Of a stretch of 64,000 nucleotides of DNA, positions 43,374 to 53,996 are shown piece after piece. The translations under genes were made by a program, and so were the position numbers. The stretch lies in the IMG/VR virus record IMGVR_UViG_2061766007_000680, one strand, 5' to 3'. The notes under the pieces were generated by a model. The model had not been told where the DNA came from. It saw only the letters and a program-made list of their open reading frames with translations, and made no database searches. Source of the stretch: an uncultured virus (IMG/VR IMGVR_UViG_2061766007_000680) (lineage: Duplodnaviria; Heunggongvirae; Uroviricota; Caudoviricetes). Positions within the stretch are counted from its first letter, which is position 1. Every line of letters starts with the position of its first letter.

Positions 43374-44333
43374 ATGAAACTTTTTGAAAAAAATGGAGTA
43401 ACGTATGGTGTAATTGACGCCTTTAATATCCGCCGCCTTTTGGCGCAGTATCAAAACGGTAACTACACGGTATACATCTTTGATGATGGTACAAAGGTTC
43501 GTGAGACCGAGGAAGATGATTTCATTCCCGCATTCTCAGAGAATACTGATGTGTGCTTGACAAAGAAATGTAGCCAGGGTTGTATCTTCTGCTATGAGGG
43601 TTGTACAAAGGACGGTCTTCATGGCCGTATTGATTACCACTTCCTTGATACACTGCACGCAGGTACTGAGGTTGCGTTGAATGGTAACGATATGGACCAC
43701 CCGCAACTTGATGAGTTACTTCATAAATTGAAAGAGAAAGGCGTGTTTGCAAACATTACTGTAAGCAAGAACCAATTTATTCAAAACTACGAGAAGATCA
43801 TCAACTACCAGAAGCAAGAACTTCTTTACGGCATTGGTATCTCTGCAAATGCTTTTGATGACGATTTTATCAAGATGGTAGAGGCAGTTAAGAATTCGGT
43901 TATCCATACCATCGCAGGTATTTGTACCGTAGATGAATACAAGAAGTTGTTCGGCCATCGCGTAAAAGTACTTGTTCTTGGCTACAAGAATCGTGGCCGT
44001 GGTGTTGAATACCTCAAAAAGAACAACACTGATATCTATGATAACATTCAAGAGTTGAATGACAATTTGAATGAAATTGCAAAGAATGTGTTGGTATTTA
44101 GTTTTGACAACCTCGCTATTGAGCAATTGCAAAATATTCACGCAGTTGTCGGCGAGGATTGGGATACGTTCTATATGGGTGATGATGGTAACTATACGTT
44201 CTACATCGACCTTGTAGCAGGTACGTTCGCTAAGAACTCTTGTATTGACGAGCGTTTCCCAATTGGTGACAAGTCAATGGATGATATGTTTAACTTTATC
44301 CGTGATAAGTACGGAGTAAAAAAAGTAGCGTAA
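43374..44333 (+). CDS. Radical SAM enzyme
   Basis: CSQGCIFCYE (CxxxCxxC); YMGDDG..T.YID C-terminal block. Confidence 0.9.
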   Translation: MKLFEKNGVTYGVIDAFNIRRLLAQYQNGNYTVYIFDDGTKVRETEEDDFIPAFSENTDVCLTKKCSQGCIFCYEGCTKDGLHGRIDYHFLDTLHAGTEVALNGNDMDHPQLDELLHKLKEKGVFANITVSKNQFIQNYEKIINYQKQELLYGIGISANAFDDDFIKMVEAVKNSVIHTIAGICTVDEYKKLFGHRVKVLVLGYKNRGRGVEYLKKNNTDIYDNIQELNDNLNEIAKNVLVFSFDNLAIEQLQNIHAVVGEDWDTFYMGDDGNYTFYIDLVAGTFAKNSCIDERFPIGDKSMDDMFNFIRDKYGVKKVA

Positions 44334-44458
44334 TATGGAAGAGCACATAGCAGTATTAGCATTTTTTGCTATAACAGGTTTCACTATTGCAATATTTGCA
44401 CTTTTTGTTGCAATTGCTTGGGCAAAAGATTTAGATAACCGTTTAAAAAAGTTAGAAA

Positions 44459-44782
44459 ATGAAAAAACAAATTAGGCGTGGCGTATTTGAAACCAATAGT
44501 AGTTCAACTCACGTAATCTCAATTTATAATTACATCGCCATTCTTAGTGATGAGGAATATCAAAAATACCTCAAAGATGATATTATTGTTACTCGTTATG
44601 GAAAAATTCTTGATGCTGGAAGCAAAGAGGCAAAAAGTCTAAGTGATTGGGATATGGTTAATAAAAAAGACCATTGGTACGATGACACTGAGGTAACACA
44701 CGAAAAAAGAACAATTAATAGCGAAACAATTCACGTAATCTCAATCTGTAAAGGAGAGGAAAGTGAAGAATTTAGAGGATAA
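44459..44782 (+). CDS. FETNSS-motif protein 1
   Basis: MKKQIRRGVFETNSSSTH. Confidence 0.9.
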   Translation: MKKQIRRGVFETNSSSTHVISIYNYIAILSDEEYQKYLKDDIIVTRYGKILDAGSKEAKSLSDWDMVNKKDHWYDDTEVTHEKRTINSETIHVISICKGEESEEFRG

Positions 44783-44787
44783 CAATT

Positions 44788-45318
44788 ATGAAACAGCAAA
44801 TTAGATTAAACGTATTTGAAACTAACAGTAGCACACAACACGCTTTGGTTATTCGTTGTAAGAATAAACACATGAGTATGGCCGATGGCATTCCAGAGGA
44901 TGTTAAACTTCCAGAAAAAGTAAAATTGTATGCAATGACATGGGGTGATATTGATAATATAAAATTAACGACTATTGAAAATCGTATTTTGTATTTGTAT
45001 AATATTCTTCTTACTTGGAATGCGCCTAAACATGAGTTAATCACGTTTTTGAGTAAACTTAATGAGTTGGGTATCAACTACGAACTAACACCATACGACG
45101 ATGATGTTTATTTCGACGATTTCTCTGACGACATTCTCGAAGAGATAATTCATAAAGACGAAAACCTAATGGCATTTTTGTTCGCAGATTATATTTTCTA
45201 CGACACTTATGCTGACAATTGTGGTAGTTGGGAACAGCAATGTAAATGGGAAGATACCATTTCAGAGTTTATTAAAGAAAGTAAAAACGACGTAATTGAG
45301 TTACGTGATAGATGTTAA
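44788..45318 (+). CDS. FETNSS-motif protein 2
   Basis: MKQQIRLNVFETNSSTQH. Confidence 0.9.
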   Translation: MKQQIRLNVFETNSSTQHALVIRCKNKHMSMADGIPEDVKLPEKVKLYAMTWGDIDNIKLTTIENRILYLYNILLTWNAPKHELITFLSKLNELGINYELTPYDDDVYFDDFSDDILEEIIHKDENLMAFLFADYIFYDTYADNCGSWEQQCKWEDTISEFIKESKNDVIELRDRC

Positions 45319-45320
45319 AT

Positions 45321-45566
45321 ATGAAAAAAATTTTTGTACTTTTATTTATGTGTTTGGCGATGATTTCGTGCAACGATAGGCCAAGAACATTATGTGTTGT
45401 TATTGATAAACAATGTATAGCGCATAAAATTTTTAGTGATGAATATTATCTCATTGTGAAAAACATATATAACGAGCAGAAAAAAATTGCTCCAGTTGGC
45501 AAGGATACGTATCTCCTTTACAATGTTGGTGATACACTTCCAGAACCATTTTCAGCACATCGTTAA
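45321..45566 (+). CDS. Small putative lipoprotein
   Basis: MKKIFVLLFMCLAMISC lipobox-like signal. Confidence 0.7.
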   Translation: MKKIFVLLFMCLAMISCNDRPRTLCVVIDKQCIAHKIFSDEYYLIVKNIYNEQKKIAPVGKDTYLLYNVGDTLPEPFSAHR

Positions 45567-45581
45567 TTAAATTTGAACAAT

Positions 45582-46256
45582 ATGAAGAGACAAGTAAGAA
45601 AAAGTGTATTTGAAACAAACAGTAGTTCGACGCACGCAATGGCTATCCAGAGTTCCCCGAATGTAATGTTTGGTATTTATACTAACATGACCGATGAGGA
45701 AATTGACAAGTATAACGCTGACGATGAAGTGAAAAATGGGTGGCGTTGTAAAATCATTCATAAGCGTGATCTTCCTGCTATTGTGACATTCCACGAGGGA
45801 GAGTTCGGTTGGGAAATCAGAACTATTAAGGCTGATGATTATGATACAAAAGCGTCATATATTTATACGTTAATGGCTGAATCATTGTCTTATGAAGAAT
45901 TTGATGACACTGTTAAACGTTTCAATAAATGGCTTAACGAAGAAGGTGTCATTGCTGAATTCCAACCTTACGAGAAAATAGATAAGGAGTATATGAGTGA
46001 ATATGAATATATGCCTTCAAGAGTTAAACTTATTCGTGAGAACGAGCACGATTGGGGTTATGTTGATCATAGCGATGAGGCTGAAGACTTCCTTTGCTAT
46101 ATAATCTCTCGCAAGGGCAACTTCCTTAACTACCTATTTGGTGATAGTTTCATCAAAATGGGTAATGATAACACAGATTGTGATATATCTCTCTGCAAAG
46201 AGGAAGATGATTGGCAATTCAATCGCACACACAAAAAATTTTATAAAGGAAACTAA
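45582..46256 (+). CDS. FETNSS-motif protein 3
   Basis: MKRQVRKSVFETNSSSTH; GEFGWE, GYVDH, GNDN, FYKGN. Confidence 0.9.
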   Translation: MKRQVRKSVFETNSSSTHAMAIQSSPNVMFGIYTNMTDEEIDKYNADDEVKNGWRCKIIHKRDLPAIVTFHEGEFGWEIRTIKADDYDTKASYIYTLMAESLSYEEFDDTVKRFNKWLNEEGVIAEFQPYEKIDKEYMSEYEYMPSRVKLIRENEHDWGYVDHSDEAEDFLCYIISRKGNFLNYLFGDSFIKMGNDNTDCDISLCKEEDDWQFNRTHKKFYKGN

Positions 46257-46257
46257 T

Positions 46258-46830
46258 ATGAAAAGACAAATTAGACAAGGGCTGTTTGAAACAAACAGTA
46301 GTTCAACACACACAATAACAATTGCCACAACTAACGACTATAAGAATGTTATGTTGAATGATGATGTAATTGGTTTTGGAACTGGTGAGTTCGGATGGGA
46401 GTACGAAGAGTATGATAACCTTTATGATAAGGCAGCATATCTTTGGACAGGTATAGTTGAAAGCGATTATTTTACACCTGAGCAAATCACCAAGGTTAAG
46501 GATAACATCAAGAAAGTACTATCAAAATACGGTTTATCTGCTTATTTTGATCCTTATGAGACTAGTTCTTATGAAAGAGACGACGGAACTACAAAAGTAT
46601 ATTGTCGCATGCTACGAAGCGGCTATGTAGATCACGCTTATAATTTGTGCGAGTGGTTTGATGAACTATTTCCGAATCATGGTGAGGATATCAACGAAGA
46701 AATGTTTATGCAATTTCTGTTTAATCCTGGTAGTTACATCCAAACTGGTAATGACAATAGTTATGGTGTAATTAATAGCCGTCACGAAAATGATACTTGC
46801 CCGACAATTGAGTTTTACAAAGGTAACTAA
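46258..46830 (+). CDS. FETNSS-motif protein 4
   Basis: MKRQIRQGLFETNSSSTH; GEFGWE, GYVDH, GNDN, FYKGN. Confidence 0.9.
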   Translation: MKRQIRQGLFETNSSSTHTITIATTNDYKNVMLNDDVIGFGTGEFGWEYEEYDNLYDKAAYLWTGIVESDYFTPEQITKVKDNIKKVLSKYGLSAYFDPYETSSYERDDGTTKVYCRMLRSGYVDHAYNLCEWFDELFPNHGEDINEEMFMQFLFNPGSYIQTGNDNSYGVINSRHENDTCPTIEFYKGN

Positions 46831-46840
46831 TATGAATAAT

Positions 46841-47461
46841 ATGAAACAGAAAATTAGAAAATCGGTATTTGAGACTAATAGTAGTACTCAACATACTCTT
46901 ACTATCCAACGTCAGATTGATCCACAAAATGACCTTGGCCTTGCTATGGGCCGAATCCCGTCTAACACTACATTTGAATTCAGTAATTCATTAATAGAAC
47001 ATATAGAAGGCTCAGGATTGAAGTGGAAAGATGAAAACAAAATAGTTTCATTTGGTAAAGAAGTGGATAAGTTAGCACTTTGTATTGCATACTGTCGCAA
47101 CTGCTACGATAATTTACAATACGAAGAAACAGGTGACTATTTTTGGTACTACTCTAATGAAATGGAAAATGAAGATGGCGAAATCATCAAGTCACTCAAT
47201 GAAGTAGTAAAAGATAAACCATACTTCAAAGAACTTATTCAAGCAGTTAAAGAAGCACGCAATACAGATTTAGTTTTGGTTGATGGTCTTTACGAACTTG
47301 ATTCATTGAATGACGATTGGGCATATGAGACATTGTTGCACAACTATGTTGAAGAAACAGGCCGTAAATTCTCAGAAGAGAATGAATCTGACTTGGTTGA
47401 ATTCTTTAAGACAATTATATTTGGTAATTACACAATTTTTGATGAATTATTCCCATGTTAA
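46841..47461 (+). CDS. FETNSS-motif protein 5
   Basis: MKQKIRKSVFETNSSTQH (alternative ATG at 46832). Confidence 0.9.
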   Translation: MKQKIRKSVFETNSSTQHTLTIQRQIDPQNDLGLAMGRIPSNTTFEFSNSLIEHIEGSGLKWKDENKIVSFGKEVDKLALCIAYCRNCYDNLQYEETGDYFWYYSNEMENEDGEIIKSLNEVVKDKPYFKELIQAVKEARNTDLVLVDGLYELDSLNDDWAYETLLHNYVEETGRKFSEENESDLVEFFKTIIFGNYTIFDELFPC

Positions 47462-47901
47462 GGCAAATTAGACATAGTGTATTTGAAACGAATAGTAGTT
47501 CTACTCATTCTTTAACGTACCGCCATCCATTGTATAGGTGTTTTAGTGATTATCTATATGAACATGGTAGATTAGGTTATATCAAGATTGGAGAATTTAG
47601 AGATACGTCAGAATCTGAAGAAGATGAAAACGCAAGGCCTTATGAACGCATCAATTGGTTAGTAGGTACCTTACTTAATAGTGATGATGTCGAGTGTAGA
47701 TGGTATCTTTTGAAATTGATGGAATACCTACGAGAATTAGGTGCAGAAATTAAACTATCTGAACCATTCTACAAAGAAGATTTGAATAACTACTATCGTT
47801 GGCTGGAGAAAGAAGTAATTGAAGATATTTTTTCAAGCGAAGAAAGATTCATGTCTTTCATCTTTAATCCAACCTGTGTAATTGAAACAAGCGTATTATA
47901 A
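47455..47901 (+). CDS. FETNSS-motif protein 6
   Basis: MLRQIRHSVFETNSSSTH. Confidence 0.9.
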   Translation: MLRQIRHSVFETNSSSTHSLTYRHPLYRCFSDYLYEHGRLGYIKIGEFRDTSESEEDENARPYERINWLVGTLLNSDDVECRWYLLKLMEYLRELGAEIKLSEPFYKEDLNNYYRWLEKEVIEDIFSSEERFMSFIFNPTCVIETSVL

Positions 47902-47913
47902 ATTCATAACAAC

Positions 47914-48282
47914 ATGAAAAGACAAGTAAGAAAAGGTGTGTTTGAAACTAATAGCAGTTCAACACACGCAGTGACAATTTTAACCGATGAGGAGTATCAG
48001 AAGTATCGCACAGGTGGGCTTCGTATTTCCAGAAATGGTGAGTTGATTACAACAGATGCTTATCAGAAAGCCCTACAGGTAGATAGGGAGAAGGCGCGTA
48101 AGTCTTACGAGACAAATGAGCATGCCAAGAAATACCACGATTCTTTCGAGAGTTATTGGCAGGCTTGGTATGACGGAGTGAAGTATGATTTCGATGAAAA
48201 TAACATGGACGTTGAGCACTCAGAGAGGGTGATTAACGGAGAAAAAGTACATGCTCTGTCAGTTTATGGGTACGAAAGTTAA
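47914..48282 (+). CDS. FETNSS-motif protein 7
   Basis: MKRQVRKGVFETNSSSTH; shares IL.DEEYQKY with protein 1. Confidence 0.9.
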   Translation: MKRQVRKGVFETNSSSTHAVTILTDEEYQKYRTGGLRISRNGELITTDAYQKALQVDREKARKSYETNEHAKKYHDSFESYWQAWYDGVKYDFDENNMDVEHSERVINGEKVHALSVYGYES

Positions 48283-48974
48283 TTTTCGTGCCCTAAAATT
48301 TTTATATTTCAAATAATTTTTGTACCTTTGCAGCAGATTTAACAAAAAGGAGAATAAGATTATGAGTAAAACTAAAAAGGTATTAAACTACATTGCAATG
48401 GCTTGTGCAATAATGGCAGTTATAATTTTCTCTATTGGCCAAGATTGGTACGCTGCTTTTTGGGCACTACTTGCCTTACTTTGGATGGTTAATAGTCATT
48501 TAGCCGAAGATAGTTATTATGACTGCAAAGAAAGTTTAGACAAATTGACTGACGATTACATCAATACGCTAATTAAGCACGGAAAAGAGGTAAAAGATTT
48601 GAAAGATGAAATCGAAAGTTTAAAAAAGGGAGAATAAGAATTATGACTAGTGAAGATTTCTATCATAGCAGACCGATGACTTTTTTACAAAGATTAGTAA
48701 GTATTGGATATGGTACTTGCGGATGTTGTGGAATGCCGTGGAATTTTGTAAGTAAGCATGGAGGAGAACACACTATTATGATTAATAAATACGAAGGATT
48801 CTTTCCAGTATGTGAATATTGTTGGACACACAAATCATACGAGCAAAATAAAAGTGCTGTAATAGAATTAATTGAAAGGTGGAGAGAACAAGGAGGAACA
48901 TACTATAATTCAAGCGTATATAGTAACGCATTCGAAAACGATTGGAACAAAACGCATAATAACGAATAAAAAAT

Positions 48975-49562
48975 ATGGAAGAGAAAAAAACAAAAGTTTT
49001 ACTGGTCATTGATATGCAGAATGACTTCATCGACGGCTCTCTAGGAAGCGAGGCCGCTCAGCGTATAGTGCCAAATGTAGTTGATAAGATTAAAAACTTC
49101 GATGGTGATTTAATCATTTTAACACAGGACACTCACTACGAAGGCTATCTTAATACGAAAGAGGGTCAAAAACTTCCTGTGGTACATTGCGTATATAAAA
49201 CACATGGATGGGAAATTAACGAAGATGTTCTTCGTGCTGTAAATGAATCTAACAAACGTACAGTCTACGTTTTAAAACCAACATTCGGTTCTACATTGCC
49301 AATGCCAGATTTAGAGTGTTACAATGATTTGGCTGGTGAAATCATTTCATTATTCACTAATGATAATTTTAATGAGGCAGAAATAGAACTCGTTGGACTG
49401 GATACTGATATATGCGTTATCTCTAATGCATTGATATTAAAGTCATGGTTCTATGATGATGCAGAGATAACCGTAGACAGTAAATGTTGTGCAGGCGTAA
49501 CACCTGAGAAACATGAGGCCGCTTTGGAGGTAATGAGAAGTTGTCAAATTAATGTAATTTAA
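48975..49562 (+). CDS. pncA: Nicotinamidase (isochorismatase-family cysteine hydrolase)
   Basis: VIDMQNDF, D.H, HC...T.G, K..F, GLDTDICV; next to nadE and pncB. Confidence 0.85.
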   Translation: MEEKKTKVLLVIDMQNDFIDGSLGSEAAQRIVPNVVDKIKNFDGDLIILTQDTHYEGYLNTKEGQKLPVVHCVYKTHGWEINEDVLRAVNESNKRTVYVLKPTFGSTLPMPDLECYNDLAGEIISLFTNDNFNEAEIELVGLDTDICVISNALILKSWFYDDAEITVDSKCCAGVTPEKHEAALEVMRSCQINVI

Positions 49563-49623
49563 ATAATATGAAAATGAAAGATATAAAAGCATATATAAAA
49601 ATAGTCACAAATTATTCTAAAAT

Positions 49624-50427
49624 ATGACAGTTAATAGCGTAACAAATAAATGGGTATTTGACCCAGTAAAAGCAAAAGATAACATCATAAACGGTATTCG
49701 CAATTGGTTTGATGAGAATTTTAATGGTGGAAATGCGGTTCTTGGAATTTCAGGTGGAAAAGATTCTACCGTTGTTGCCTATCTCTTATGTGAAGCAATT
49801 GGAAAAGATAGAGTTATTGGTGTTACAATGCCTAACGGAGTACAAAAAGATATTAATGATTCAAATAGGGTATGTGAGTTGCTTGGAATAAAGAAATTAG
49901 AAATTAACATCCAAGAGTCATACAATAGTATCATCAATGCAGTTTACGAATACGTAAATGTAACTGATCAAACGAAATTTAATCTGCCGCCTAGATTGCG
50001 CATGACAACTTTGTTTGCTGTTGCACAATCAATGAATGGCGTTGTTATTAACACAGGTAATCTATCCGAATACATGTTAGGATGGTTCACATTTGGTTCT
50101 GATACGTGTGGTAGTTATGCACCCATTATGGATTATACTGTCTCTGAAGTATATCTAATTGGCGAGGTTTTAGGAGTTCCAAATGATTTATTATATAAAA
50201 CACCTAGTGATGGCTTGTGTGGCAAATCAGATGAGGAAAAGTTTGGTTTCCCTTATTCTGTATGTGATGAACTTATTAGAACAGGCTTATGTGACGACAA
50301 TAACATTAAAGCTAAAATCATGAAAATGAATAATAGTAGTGCATTTAAACGTATTAAGATAAAATATCCACATAGTCATTACCCCAATTGGTTTGGTTTG
50401 TTGGATAACATTGAGGAGATGAAATAA
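49624..50427 (+). CDS. nadE: NH3-dependent NAD+ synthetase
   Basis: LGISGGKDS, N...RLRM, TGNLSE...G.FT, PSDGL...DE. Confidence 0.92.
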   Translation: MTVNSVTNKWVFDPVKAKDNIINGIRNWFDENFNGGNAVLGISGGKDSTVVAYLLCEAIGKDRVIGVTMPNGVQKDINDSNRVCELLGIKKLEINIQESYNSIINAVYEYVNVTDQTKFNLPPRLRMTTLFAVAQSMNGVVINTGNLSEYMLGWFTFGSDTCGSYAPIMDYTVSEVYLIGEVLGVPNDLLYKTPSDGLCGKSDEEKFGFPYSVCDELIRTGLCDDNNIKAKIMKMNNSSAFKRIKIKYPHSHYPNWFGLLDNIEEMK

Positions 50428-50447
50428 TAATTAATAAATTTAATAAT

Positions 50448-51611
50448 ATGGTAATAAGTATTTTAGATAACGACCTTTATAAATTTTCTATGGGATATGC
50501 CTATATGAAACTCTACCCAGACGCTGAAGGTAAATTTGAGTTTAATGACCGAAATAAGTTGGTATTCACTGACTTTATGGTTGAGCGTTTGAAAGAAGAG
50601 TTTGCAAAACTCTCTTCCATGTCACTCACGGATGATGAGAAGAATTGGGCTATTGAAACTATGCCGTACATTCCCGCTTTCTATTGGGAGTGGCTTAGAA
50701 GTTTCCGTTTTGAACCAAGCAAAATTCACGTATATCTTGATGAGAATAGGCATCTGCATATTGATGTTACCGACAAATTATACAAGGTAACTCTTTACGA
50801 GGTTCCCATTTTGGCTATTGTGTCTGAGACAGTTAACAGATCTCACATAGTTAACAAAGAATATGTGTTGGACCGCTTGGAGGAGAAAATTAAGTTATCG
50901 AACGAGAACAAACTTTATTTCTCTGAGTTCGGAACACGCCGCCGTTTCAGTTATGAGGTACAGGATTTGGTTGTTAAATATCTGAAAAACAACGCACGTT
51001 ATTGCACAGGTACATCCAACGTACATCTTGCAATGAAGTACGACATGAAACCTATCGGTACTGTGGCCCATGAGTGGGTTATGTTCCACGGATCGAACTT
51101 TGGCTATCGTCGTGCTAACCATGAGGCTTATGAGGCTTGGGTTAAAGTATTTGATGGTGCGCTAGGTATTGCATTGACAGATACTTACGGCCTTGACGCT
51201 TTCTTGAATAACTTCTCTTTGAAGCAGGCTAAACTGTTTGATGGCGTTCGTCAGGATTCAGGTGATGAGCGTGACTTCGTATATCGAGTTGTTGAACGTT
51301 ACAAAGAACTTGGTGTTAACCCGATGTTGAAGACCATCATCTTCTCTAATGCACTTGACTTCCCGAAATATAAGGAGATTGCCGAGTTCTGTGAAGGTAA
51401 AATTGGTATGTGCGCTGCAGGTATTGGTACTAACCTAACTAATGACACTGGTTTTAAACCTTTGAACATAGTCATGAAGTTAATGCAGTGCCGCATGAAT
51501 AGCAAACAGGAGTGGCTTAATTGTATCAAAATTTCTGACGATGCAGGTAAGGTTATGGGTGACGCACGAGAGGTAGAGGTTGCTTTACATGAATTAGGTA
51601 TTGAATATTAG
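50448..51611 (+). CDS. pncB: Nicotinate phosphoribosyltransferase
   Basis: DNDLYK, EFGTRRR, GTSN, GTVAHE, RQDSG, GIGT.L, IKISD. Confidence 0.95.
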   Translation: MVISILDNDLYKFSMGYAYMKLYPDAEGKFEFNDRNKLVFTDFMVERLKEEFAKLSSMSLTDDEKNWAIETMPYIPAFYWEWLRSFRFEPSKIHVYLDENRHLHIDVTDKLYKVTLYEVPILAIVSETVNRSHIVNKEYVLDRLEEKIKLSNENKLYFSEFGTRRRFSYEVQDLVVKYLKNNARYCTGTSNVHLAMKYDMKPIGTVAHEWVMFHGSNFGYRRANHEAYEAWVKVFDGALGIALTDTYGLDAFLNNFSLKQAKLFDGVRQDSGDERDFVYRVVERYKELGVNPMLKTIIFSNALDFPKYKEIAEFCEGKIGMCAAGIGTNLTNDTGFKPLNIVMKLMQCRMNSKQEWLNCIKISDDAGKVMGDAREVEVALHELGIEY

Positions 51612-51871
51612 AATATGGAAGAAGAACAAATAACAACAGAAGAGCAATCAAGGCGAAACAAAGAGTTTGGTAGAAGTATTGCAGATATAATATGGGAAGC
51701 GGGCATGACAAGGTGTCCGTGGGTTCTTAATAGTGAACAGGCTGAAGCATTACAAGAGAGATGGAAAGAGTTACAAAAACAGAGAAAAGCAATGCAACAA
51801 AAAACAGCAAACTATGTTTCTAAAAAGAAACGTAAAAGAAAATAACTAAAGTCAGAAATACTTTATGAAAC

Positions 51872-52393
51872 GTGCCTAAACAATACGGAGATTATGAGGA
51901 AAGTGTTAATAGTGGTCTAAAAGCAGAAGATAGGTTTGTCGAATTATTTGTAAAGAATTTCCCTAACACAAAGGTGAGAACTTCAACACTCTATGAAAAC
52001 AAAAACATGCACATAGATGTTATATGCACACGCGGTAATACAACCGTAACGTTTGATGTCAAAGAGCAAAAGAAGTTACACAGATACGACGACAGGCCAT
52101 CCGATATTTATACCTGGGTAGAACTGCAAAACAATAATGGGAATAAAGGCTGGGTTTATGGTGAAGAAAAATACATTGCTTTTGAGAAGGGTGATGAATT
52201 TATTATTGTTGAGCGAAACAAACTTCTTAATCTTATTCTGGATAAAAAACAGGAACCAATTGTGTTCGAGAATCGCATATTAAAACCATATATGCAATAT
52301 CAAAGAAAAAAGTACGATAATTTAGATATAAGCGTACTTACGCCTTATGATGATTTATATAAAATAGCACATAAAGTAATACGAAATGGATAA
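51872..52393 (+). CDS. PD-(D/E)XK-like nuclease-fold protein
   Basis: G..AE..F, HID, FDVK, WVELQN..G.KGW.YG. Confidence 0.65.
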   Translation: MPKQYGDYEESVNSGLKAEDRFVELFVKNFPNTKVRTSTLYENKNMHIDVICTRGNTTVTFDVKEQKKLHRYDDRPSDIYTWVELQNNNGNKGWVYGEEKYIAFEKGDEFIIVERNKLLNLILDKKQEPIVFENRILKPYMQYQRKKYDNLDISVLTPYDDLYKIAHKVIRNG

Positions 52394-53117
52394 AATGTCA
52401 ATGGATTCGAGAAAATGATTTAAGTCTCAATGGTAAAATATGGCCTGGCGAAAGTGGTATTTTTAAAGATAATTTTGACATGGATCCATACAATGACAAT
52501 TCTGTTGAAATTCTCAGGCATAAAGATAGACAAACATGGTATGTTGTAAAATATATTGATGTATCTCAAGTTAACGAAAGTGACATATAATTCCCTTTAA
52601 TTATGGATTATTTAGTAACTAGCCAAATAATAGTAGAGAACGATGTTGATGAATTTAATGGTATGGTTTTGGACTACCCAGATTATGAATCGTTTTCAGA
52701 AGAAACTGTAACTAGTCTTAAGCAATCTTCGTTGTCTACAGATAGATTAAAACAAGACGATAAAGATGAGGTTACCGATTTAAGTTATTTAAAGATGTCT
52801 CACATAAAAGTAGATTGGATATAATTATGAAGAGTGTAAAAATTGACAAATTTATTGGCGAAAATACAATAGATAATGTAAACGGCAAAATATGTTGGGA
52901 TTTTAATTTGGCACTTAACGATCTAGACTCTTTTACTCTAAGTTATTATGATCAACGTCAGCGTGCACGCCGTCTAATAAACGAAGATATAGAACTATAC
53001 AATGATTTAAAAACTGAAAAAATGTCGCATGTTAAAACAGACTGGCTATTATTATTGATCGATACCGATTTTTCGGTATTTTTTTTGTATATTTAGTACG
53101 AAAAAGTAAAACTATTT

Positions 53118-53978
53118 ATGAACAATTTAAAACCATTTGTTAAATGGGCAGGAGGAAAGACACAATTACTAGATGAATTAACATCACGAATACCAAAAGA
53201 TAAAACAGAGTACGTAGAACTATTCGTAGGTGGAGGCGCATTATTTCTAAATCAATTAGATAACATACAATTCGTAAAGTATACTATAAACGACCTTAAT
53301 AAGCATTTATATTTACTATATTCAACATTATCGAATGATAAGGAACTTAGTAAGGTAAAAATAATGTTAAGCCTACTACAGGGAAATTACCTGTCAAAGA
53401 CTGGCGATGAACAAAAGGCTTTTTACAACCTAGTACGAAATGAGTTCAATGGGAACTTAAGTAGGGCATTAGATGTTGCAGAGTTTATATTTTTAAACAA
53501 AGCAGGATTTAATGGACTGTATAGAGAAAACAAGAAAGGCGAATTTAATACGCCGTGGGGAGGGGAAAAGAAAAGTCTTAGCATCAACTACGAGGGAATG
53601 GATAAGTTCTGTAATATATGTAAAGACGTTGATATCACAATAACAAACCTGGACTATAATGAATGCTTAAAATACATTACAAAAAATAGTTTTGTATATT
53701 TGGACCCACCATACAGGCCACTTGGAGGAACAAGCAACTTTAATACATACAATGCAGGAGGATTTACCGACGAGGACCAGAAAAAATTAAAAGAGTTCTG
53801 TGACGAAATAAATAAAATCGGTGCAAAATTTATGTTATCAAACTCTGATTGTCCTGATGGATTCTTTGACGAACTATATAAAGATTATAAGATAGAACGT
53901 GTATATGCACGACGCAATATCAACTCTAACGGAGACAAGAGAGGTAAAATAAGTGAACTTTTGATCAGAAACTATTAA
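53118..53978 (+). CDS. dam: Dam-family DNA adenine methyltransferase
   Basis: KWAGGK, ELFVGGG, FNGLYR.N..G.FN.P, YLDPPY, E.LI.NY. Confidence 0.93.
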   Translation: MNNLKPFVKWAGGKTQLLDELTSRIPKDKTEYVELFVGGGALFLNQLDNIQFVKYTINDLNKHLYLLYSTLSNDKELSKVKIMLSLLQGNYLSKTGDEQKAFYNLVRNEFNGNLSRALDVAEFIFLNKAGFNGLYRENKKGEFNTPWGGEKKSLSINYEGMDKFCNICKDVDITITNLDYNECLKYITKNSFVYLDPPYRPLGGTSNFNTYNAGGFTDEDQKKLKEFCDEINKIGAKFMLSNSDCPDGFFDELYKDYKIERVYARRNINSNGDKRGKISELLIRNY

Positions 53979-53996
53979 AACTAAAAAAATAAAAAT

